Below are positions 55,298-64,000 of a stretch of 64,000 bases of DNA, one piece after another. Origin of the DNA: an uncultured Planctomycetota bacterium (GTDB lineage: Bacteria; Planctomycetota; Planctomycetia; Isosphaerales; Isosphaeraceae). Both the position numbers and the translations under genes were made by a program. Numbering within the stretch: the first letter of the stretch is position 1; every line of letters starts with the position of its first letter. Where the stretch lies: the NCBI GenBank assembly GCA_963845755.1, contig CAWJTV010000034.1, positions 192,001 to 256,000 on the forward strand. The letters are read 5' to 3'. The notes beneath the pieces are model-generated. The model was not told the origin of the DNA and ran no database searches. It was given only the letters and a program-made list of their open reading frames with translations.

Positions 55298-56520
55298 ATG
55301 AACATGCAGCGATGTTCCGTTCCAGACCGATGGACGGGCGACTTCCTGGACAGTCATCGGGCACTGCGCGATCGAGCGCATCGTCCGCGCACCGGCTTCA
55401 CCCTGATCGAGCTGCTGGTGGTGATCGCGATCATCGCCGTCCTGATTGCCCTGCTGTTACCGGCCGTGCAGGCGGCGCGCGAGGCTGCCCGCCGTGCCCA
55501 GTGCGTGAACAACCTGAAGCAGCTTTCCCTGGCACTTTCCAATTATGAGAGCGCCAATGGGATCTATGCCTACGGCATGGCGCGGGAGAGCTGTGGGCCG
55601 AACTGCGCGTTCTCTGCCCCCAACAGTTATTATGTCGGCAGCAGCCTGTTCGTTCGGATGCTCCCCTTCATCGAGCAGCAGGCGCTGGCCAACGCTTACA
55701 ACTATAGCCTGATCAACTGGACGGCCGACAACGGTACGGCCGGCGGGACGGGGCTGGCGGCCCTCTGGTGCCCCAGCGACGGGTCGATCGCCGGCTTGAG
55801 GTCCACGTTCGCCGGCTGGGGCTGGGACGGCTCGACGCAGACCCTGGTTTACACCAGCTACGCGGGCAACATGGGGACGTTCTGCAAGGTCCCGATCTCG
55901 ATCACATCGCCGGCGCAGCATCAGGCCGTGTTGAACCAGGCCAACGGCCTGTTCTTCTACCTCGGCTGGCCGGATTGGAATCCCCCGCGCAGCCCGACCC
56001 GATCACTCCGCTGAACCCCGGCAGCGTCCGGCCCGCGACGCTAGCCTCGATCACCGACGGGCTCAGCAACACCTTCGCCTTTGGCGAGAAGGCTCATGGC
56101 AAGTTCAGCCAGGTTCCCGACATCTATTATTCGATCGACTACTATTACTACGGTGCCTGGGTCTCCGGCGGCTTCGGCGACACGCTGTTCACCACGCTCT
56201 ATCCCATGAACCCATTCAACCGGATCGGCGACGATCCTAACGGCGATTTCTTCTACAGCTTCGACGCCCAGGAGGACAACTTCTCCATCGCCGCGTCGAG
56301 CTTCCATCCCGGCGGCTGCAATTTCGCATTCCTCGACGGCTCGGTCCACTTCGTCAAGGAGACGATCAATACCTGGCCATACAGCCCGACCAACGGGGCA
56401 CCGACGAACGTGAGCTATAACGCGGCGACGGGCCTCTTCACGGCCGGCCCCCCATCGGGAGTTTACCAGTCACTCTCGACGCGAGCCGGGAGTGAGATCG
56501 TGAGCGCGGATCAGTATTGA
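55298..56520 (+). CDS. DUF1559 prepilin-type protein with H-X9-DG C-terminal motif (frameshift near 55988)
   Basis: [98 protein letters not shown]. Confidence 0.93.
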
Positions 56521-56610
56521 TGCGGCTCTCATGATCAACGGTCGAAAGAAGTGCCTCCGCTCCTGGGCTCCTCGCCGGTCGGAGATCAACAGATGAACGG
56601 GGCGGAGGTC

Positions 56611-57276
56611 TCAGCTTTCTGGCGTGAGGCCCAGTACGATGTCGAACTTCGCGGCGAGTTCGCCGATCCGCGACCCTTTGACCGGCACGAAGTCCACGGG
56701 GAGCATCTGGCCGCCCTTGGCCTGAGTGGCGCGGCGGTAGATGTTGTCCTTCTCGTTGCCGGCATGACCCTTGACGAAGCACTCGGTGGTGAGCAGTTCC
56801 TTCCGGCCCTTCCAGATCTTGAAATGGATGTGCGCGGCCGGCCGGCCGGTATACGGCACCGGCTTGATGGTCCGGAAGTAATACTCCCCGGTCGAACCGG
56901 TGAGGAACCGTCCGAAACCCTGGAAGTTGGTATCGAACTTGGCCTGGTCGTCGATGTGCGGCTTGAGGTAATTCCCGTCGCGGTCGCACTGCCAGAGCTC
57001 AACGACGGCGTTGCGGATCGGGTCGCCATGCGTGTCGAGGATGCGACCGCTCAGGTGCGTGACCGCTCCCACGGCGGGGGTGATGCCGTCGTTGATGATG
57101 AGCAGGTCGTTATCAGTATCGAGCGGCAGCTTGGTCGGGTAGTACGGCCCCTCCTGGATACGAGGCGTACGGGTCAACTCCTCGGCGAAGGCGCCTCGGG
57201 TCGTGAAAGCCGCGGTGCCGAGCGCGAGGGTGCCGAGGAAGGCGCGCCGACTGGGAAGCGTGATGGCGTCGTTCAT
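56611..57276 (-). CDS. Intradiol ring-cleavage dioxygenase-like protein with Tat signal
   Basis: SRRAFL; EGPYYP, VELWQCD..GNY, FQGFGR, FRTIKPVPY, HIHFKI. Confidence 0.9.
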   Translation of the reverse strand: MNDAITLPSRRAFLGTLALGTAAFTTRGAFAEELTRTPRIQEGPYYPTKLPLDTDNDLLIINDGITPAVGAVTHLSGRILDTHGDPIRNAVVELWQCDRDGNYLKPHIDDQAKFDTNFQGFGRFLTGSTGEYYFRTIKPVPYTGRPAAHIHFKIWKGRKELLTTECFVKGHAGNEKDNIYRRATQAKGGQMLPVDFVPVKGSRIGELAAKFDIVLGLTPES

Positions 57277-57438
57277 CGAAAAGGCTCCTGGAGTGGGAGG
57301 TTCGGTTCGCCGACGGATCGAGACCCTGATGGTAGCTCTGTGTCGCGCCCAGGATCAACCCTCAACACCATCTTGCCGGGAAACGGCCGTTTGTCATAGG
57401 CTGCACCGGCGCAACAACTCTCTTCGTGGGGAGCAGCC

Positions 57439-58380
57439 ATGCCCATTCGCGTGTTTCAGCCTGGCGACGAGCCCGCACAGGCGCAGATCTATAACCTGAC
57501 CGCCGGCTCCTTGCCGGGCTTCAAGCCGGCCACGGCCGAGGAGATCGTCCGCCGCTATGCCCGGGCCGAGCCCGATGCCGGATCGCGGTATTATGCCGTC
57601 GATCGCGGCGAAATCGTCGGCTACGCCGGGTTCTCACTCAACGGCCGCATCAGCTACCCATGGTGCCTACCCGGGGCCGACGCCGCGCGCGAACCGCTGC
57701 TCCAGACGGTCCTCTCAGCCATGAAGGAGCGGAACATCCCGGAAGCCTGGGCCGCTTACCGCGCCGACTGGTCTCCCGTGCTGGGGTTTCTCCGCGGGCA
57801 CGGCTTCCTCGATAAGCGGCAGATGATCAACTACGTGGCCGAGGTCTCACAGCTCCTCCCGGATACGGCCTTACCTCCCGACCGGGTCATCGAGCCAATG
57901 AGTTCCGTCGCGCTAGGTATTCTCAACGATCTGGCACCCGTTCTGTACTCCGGGGAAGAGCCACAGGCATTCCAGCGATTCTATGAGAAGAATCCCTTCC
58001 ACGATTTCTCGGGCGAGCTCTTCGCCTTGAAGGAAGCGGGAACCGGCACGACACTGGGAATCGCCCACCTCGTCATCGAGGAGCATTTCTCCGATCCGAC
58101 CAAGATCGACCCCGCCATGCCCTGCTTCCGTTTCGGAGCGTTTGGAACCGAGCGCGAACGACACAAGCGCGTCAACGGCCTCTTCTCGACCGTGTTCGCC
58201 GGCGAGATCGATGGTGAGCTCTTGCTCTCGTGGCTGGTCCGCACGCGAGCCCGGCCCGCCGGACTCACGCACATCGCGGCCCAGGCGCCTTCCGATGTGC
58301 CCGCTCTCTGTGCCCTGTACGGCCGGTTTTTCCAACGACAGGGCGCATTCCCGATCCTCTCGCGACGGTTGCAGGACTGA
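57439..58380 (+). CDS. Conserved hypothetical protein, GNAT-like fold
   Basis: MPIRVFQPGDE..., YYAVDRGEIVGYA, FLRGHGF; RBS GGGAG. Confidence 0.65.
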   Translation: MPIRVFQPGDEPAQAQIYNLTAGSLPGFKPATAEEIVRRYARAEPDAGSRYYAVDRGEIVGYAGFSLNGRISYPWCLPGADAAREPLLQTVLSAMKERNIPEAWAAYRADWSPVLGFLRGHGFLDKRQMINYVAEVSQLLPDTALPPDRVIEPMSSVALGILNDLAPVLYSGEEPQAFQRFYEKNPFHDFSGELFALKEAGTGTTLGIAHLVIEEHFSDPTKIDPAMPCFRFGAFGTERERHKRVNGLFSTVFAGEIDGELLLSWLVRTRARPAGLTHIAAQAPSDVPALCALYGRFFQRQGAFPILSRRLQD

Positions 58381-58458
58381 GGGTCCCAGCGATTCTCATC
58401 CCAGGACCTGTCCCATTCCCATTGGGATTCGTGGACGTCTTCCTCGGGGAGGATTGCC

Positions 58459-58755
58459 GTGGCGACCTGGATGATGGTCGGGTGGGTGCTCATCATTGCC
58501 CTCGGTCTGAGTTCGATCTACGGACTGCACCGACTCGGGCTGTGGATGGAAGAACGCGGATACATCTATTATCTGCATAAGAAGCCGAAGGGCGGCAGCG
58601 CGATCGGTTCCCTGGTCGCGTTCCAGCGGGCGATCGAGCCACGCGCGGAGTATGTGATTCAGGCAGAGCAGGTGAACCAGGAGATCGCCGAGGAGGGCGC
58701 CTCGGGGCAAGGCGACACCGACGAGGGGAATTCGTCGCCCGTCACGTCGCCTTGA
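58459..58755 (+). CDS. Small single-TM hypothetical protein
   Basis: RBS GGAGG; TM, then LHRLGLWMEERGYIYY, acidic tail. Confidence 0.7.
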   Translation: MATWMMVGWVLIIALGLSSIYGLHRLGLWMEERGYIYYLHKKPKGGSAIGSLVAFQRAIEPRAEYVIQAEQVNQEIAEEGASGQGDTDEGNSSPVTSP

Positions 58756-58780
58756 GATGACCTGTGGTCCCAACCCCGAT

Positions 58781-60262
<1,482 letters not shown>

Positions 60263-60285
60263 GGCGGAACCTCCGGCATTCTGTT

Positions 60286-62541
60286 TCAGGGGATATAGAT
60301 AAATTCATTCATGCCGACGAGGGCCTGGCAGAAATCGACGAGTGCCCGCCGGTCCGGATCCGGCCGGCCGTCGCGGGCATAGGCCGCGCGCTGGGCGGCG
60401 AGGAACGCAGCGGCGAGCCGGGACTCGGTTACGGTCGGCTCGCGGCCGAAGGCGATCCGATAGGCCCGCGTCACGGCGGATGCCGGATCGCCGCCGTCTG
60501 CAATTCGTCCCGCGAATCCCTCGGCGCAATGCCGGGCTAGCCCGCTGTTGAGCATCGCCAGGGCCTGGGGTGCCGTCGTCGTCGTGCTCCTCTGGCCGAT
60601 GCTCACGAGGTGCTCGGGCCAGTCGAAAAGCATCATCATCGGGATGAGCCGGCTCCGCTTGATGAAGAAATAAACGCTCCGGCGCGGCATTTCCAGGTCG
60701 AGCACGCCCGATCCGTACATCCGTCGGTCCAATCGTCCAGCGACGGCCAGCATCGCGTCGCGTATCGGCTCGGCCTCGAGTCGGCGCGGTGTGTGTCGCC
60801 ACCGGAACACATTCTCGCGATCGATGGCTGCGCGCGATTCGTCGTGCCGGCTGTCCTGCATGTAGACGGCACTCGTCACAATCAGTCGATGAATGGGCTT
60901 CAGCCGCCAACCGTTGGCGATTACAGCGTTCGCGAGCCAGTCGAGAAGCTCGGGGTGGGACGGCCGGCTCCCCTGCGCCCGAAATCGTTGGGTGTGGCGA
61001 CGATCCCCTGGCCGAAGTGGTACTGCCAGAGCCGGTTGACGATCACCCGCGCGGCGAGTTGGCCGGCCCCGTACTCGGTATCCGTGAGCCATCCGGCGAG
61101 CGCCGCGCGTCGGTAGCTGGTCGGATGTGCGTGTGCGACCGTCGGCTCGACCTTCCAGCGCGCGGGATTCGTCCTCTCGCCTAGCAGGATCCGGAGCACC
61201 CCAGGCGTCGCCTCGCTCACCTTCTGGGCGACATCGCCCCGGCGCAGGATGTACGTCTTGGGATAGAAGTGAGGGAATCCGCGATCGTCGGCATGGTGCT
61301 TCGTATGTGGGTAGCCCTCGGCGGTGACCTGCACCTTCACGGGCTTGACGCCGGGACCGGACGCGACCTCGATCTCGCTACGGATGGTGGTCGTGAACGC
61401 GGCGGCAATCCGGTAGTAGTCTTCGGAGGAGATCGGGTCGAACTTGTGATCGTGGCATCGCGCCAGCCGACCGAGAGGCCCAGGAACGCGACGCCGGTCG
61501 TCGCGACCATGTCGTCGAGCTCGTTATACCGGGCCGATTCGAATTCGGCCTCGGTTAACTGCGTCGGAAACGCGCCGGCGCCAGGAACCCGGTCGCGGCC
61601 ATGGCCAGTGGGTCATCAGGCGCCAGCTCGTCACCCGCGAGTTGCCAGTGGACGAGCTGGTCGTAAGGCATGTCTTCGTTGAAGGCGCGGATCAAGAAGT
61701 CGCGATAGTGGAAGGCGAACGGCCGATCGTAGTCCTGCTCGTAGCCGTGCGACTCGGCAAACCGGGCCACGTCCATCCAGTGGCAGGCGAAGCGTTCTCC
61801 GTGATCGGGCGACGCCAGCAAGCGATCGACGAGGCGCTCATAGGCATCGGGCGCCGGATCGTTGACGAAAGCGTCGATCTCTGCGGGAGACGGAGGCAAG
61901 CCGGTCAGGTCGAAGGCGACGCGTCGGATCAAGGTGCGTCGGTCGGCGCTGGAATTCGGCTTGAGACCGCGACGCTCCAGCGCGGCGAGGATGAAGCGGT
62001 CGACGGGCGTGCGGACCCAGTCCGTGCTGCGCACCGAGGGGGTCGAAACGACGGCCAACGGCCGGAACGACCAGAAGTCCTTGTTGGGCTGAGTGGGTCC
62101 TCCCATCGCGCCCGCCGTGGGAGCCCGATCCACGAGCGGCCGGTCATACGGGGCGCCGAGGTCGATCCATCGGGAGATCTCGGCGATCGTGGTATCGGGA
62201 AGCTTCGCGCCCTTCTGGGGCATGTGCGGATCTTCATCGTGCCGGATCAGCGCGGCGAGCCGGCTCTCCTTGCCGCCTCCTTCGAGCACGCCGCTTTCGA
62301 CGAGGGGCTTGCGGTCCGAGAGGTCCAGTCCGCCCTTCTTCGCCTTGCTGCCGTGGCAGTCGAGGCAGTGCTCGATGAGCACGGGTCGGACCTTCGCCTT
62401 GAACACCGCGAGCCCCTGCTGCATTTTCTGGGCATGGTCCGGCGGTACGCGACTCGGCGTGTCGTCCGCTTCCAGCGAAGGCGCCAGCCCCATCAGGCTG
62501 AGGACCAGGACGGTGAGGCCAGGCGGGATTCGGATTCTCAT
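60286..62541 (-). CDS. Planctomycete cytochrome c / DUF1549 / DUF1553 (PSD1) protein (several frameshifts)
   Basis: [65 protein letters not shown]; directly upstream of DUF1501. Confidence 0.92.
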
Positions 62542-62801
62542 GGCGGATGTTCGGTTCCTGTCCGGATGGGGGACTCGACGCATCGCGGCGCTTCTCATCA
62601 GTCCGCGCGATCTCTCGTTCCCATTGTCTGAAGGACTGGTGCCGATTCCTAGTCCTCTTCGGCCGCGGACGATCAGGGGGGGAGTCCGGACACCCGCTCC
62701 CAGTGTTCCGCGCGGATTCGTCGCCCACGCCTTCGCGCCATGTCTCGCCGGTCGGACGCACCTCGTGGCGACCGAGGTGCAGCTTACTCAGAGTCTTCCG
62801 C

Positions 62802-62936
62802 CCTAGGATCCCTGCCCCGTGCGCGCATCCGGGGGATCGTCGATTCCGAATTCCGGATTCCCGAATCCTTTTCATCCGCAATCCGGAATTGGGAATCGTG
62901 AATCCTTCTTTGCTTTCGGCCGAAGGCCGCGTTAGG
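62802..62936. mobile_element. ~135 bp heptamer-rich element apparently inserted into a receiver-domain coding sequence
   Basis: CCTAGG...GATTCCG/AATTCCG heptamers...GGCCGAAGGCCGCGTTAGG, with TAGG at both ends; sibling at 41487-41630. Confidence 0.5.
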
Positions 62937-64000
62937 CATTGGCGGAGTAATCGTCCACCATGAGAATCCGCCTTGGGGCAGGGCGCGGGCGGCGCGATTC
63001 TCACGTGAATCGCCGGTGGCAGGAGCCGGCGACTCGCTCAGTCCCGGCAGCCGGACCACAAACTCGCTGCCGCGGTTGGCCCCTCCACTGTGGGCCTCGA
63101 CACTTCCGCCATGCATCTCGACGAGTTCACGCACGAGCGTCAGACCCACTCCCAGGCCCCCCTGAGAACGGTCGATGGACCGGTCGATCTGCGTGAAGAG
63201 GTCGAAGACGCTGCCGATCTTCTCCGGCGCGATGCCGATCCCGTTGTCGCAGACGCGGAAGACAATCTCATCGCCGACCCGCACCACATCCAGCACGATC
63301 CGGCCGCCATCTTCGGTGTACTTCGCCGCGTTGTTGAGCAGGTTGGCGAGCACTTGCGCCAGCCGGACCAGGTCGGCCTTGACGCATTCCGGCTGCGGGG
63401 GGAGGGTGACCGTCAGCTCATGCCGTCGGGCGTCGATCAACGGCCGGCTGGTCTCGATTGCGCGCGCCACGGCGACCGAGACGTTCAACCGGTTCCAGGC
63501 GGAGCTGGATCTTGCCACCGGTGATCCGCGAGATGTCCAGCAGGTCATCCACCAGCCGGACCAGGTGCTCGACCTGTCGCGAGATCACCTCGTTGGCCCA
63601 TTCGAGTTTCGCATCGGAGGTATTCAGCAACCGGAGGATCTCGACGGCGTTGCGGATCGGCGCCAGGGGATTGCGGAGCTCGTGGGCGAGCATCGCGAGG
63701 AATTCGTTCTTGCGCCGATCGTTCTCCTGGACATCGCGATACAGCCGGGCGTTGTCGATGGCGATGGCGGCGCGGCCGGCGAGGTCGGCCGCCAGGGTGA
63801 GATCCTCCGGTCCGTACACGCGGCGATCGTCGCGGAGGGCCAGCAGGATCGCTCCGAGGATACGCCCCCGCGCGCAGAGCGGCACGGCGACCGCCGTCCG
63901 CGGCTCAAATCCGAAGCCGTGGCGGATGGGATCGGGACCGACACTCCCGCCCGGCTCGTCCCGGGTCCCTTCCCGGGCCTCGATCGGATCCGCCGAAGGG
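62932..64000 (-). CDS. Hybrid sensor histidine kinase (GAF-HisKA-HATPase-truncated receiver); 5' part outside the window; frameshifts
   Basis: RAAIAIDNARLY, EFLAMLAHELRNPLAPI, NLLNNAAKYT, DNGIGI, GGLGVGL, then RRILMVDDYSANA*. Confidence 0.9.

Overview
GC-rich bacterial DNA that looks like a planctomycete (probably Isosphaeraceae-like). The call rests on PSD1/DUF1549-DUF1553 cytochrome-c proteins, DUF1501, DUF1559, DUF4058, LEuR-xLLS N-terminal motifs and a Rhodopirellula-type ECF sigma. Many conserved genes are broken by 1-bp indels, most simply long-read consensus error, so I rejoined fragments by eye. Main blocks: (i) 0.4-10.2 kb, PDZ protein, GH51-like hydrolase, TolC-like and PSD1 genes; (ii) 10.3-30.1 kb, an accessory block with MITE/REP elements, an ECF/anti-sigma pair, an 'NRRNA-STGP' family protein, a Ser/Thr kinase-TPR protein, DUF4058, a ~9.4 kb adhesin-like gene with 14 near-identical FG-GAP repeats with hypervariable loops, and a kinase-type ECF sigma; (iii) 32-46 kb, a type IV pilus/T2SS-like cluster with secretin plus LysM domains and no PilT, flanked by a methyltransferase-GT2-GT-C cassette and a tandem PilZ protein; (iv) 54.6-56.5 kb, a sigma70 promoter and cobalamin riboswitch driving a small lipoprotein and a DUF1559 pilin-like protein; (v) an intradiol dioxygenase, a PSD1/DUF1501 pair and a histidine kinase whose receiver domain is interrupted by a small repeat element. 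I saw no rRNA, tRNA, CRISPR array, transposase, integrase or reverse transcriptase. All family calls come from motif recognition, not database searches.
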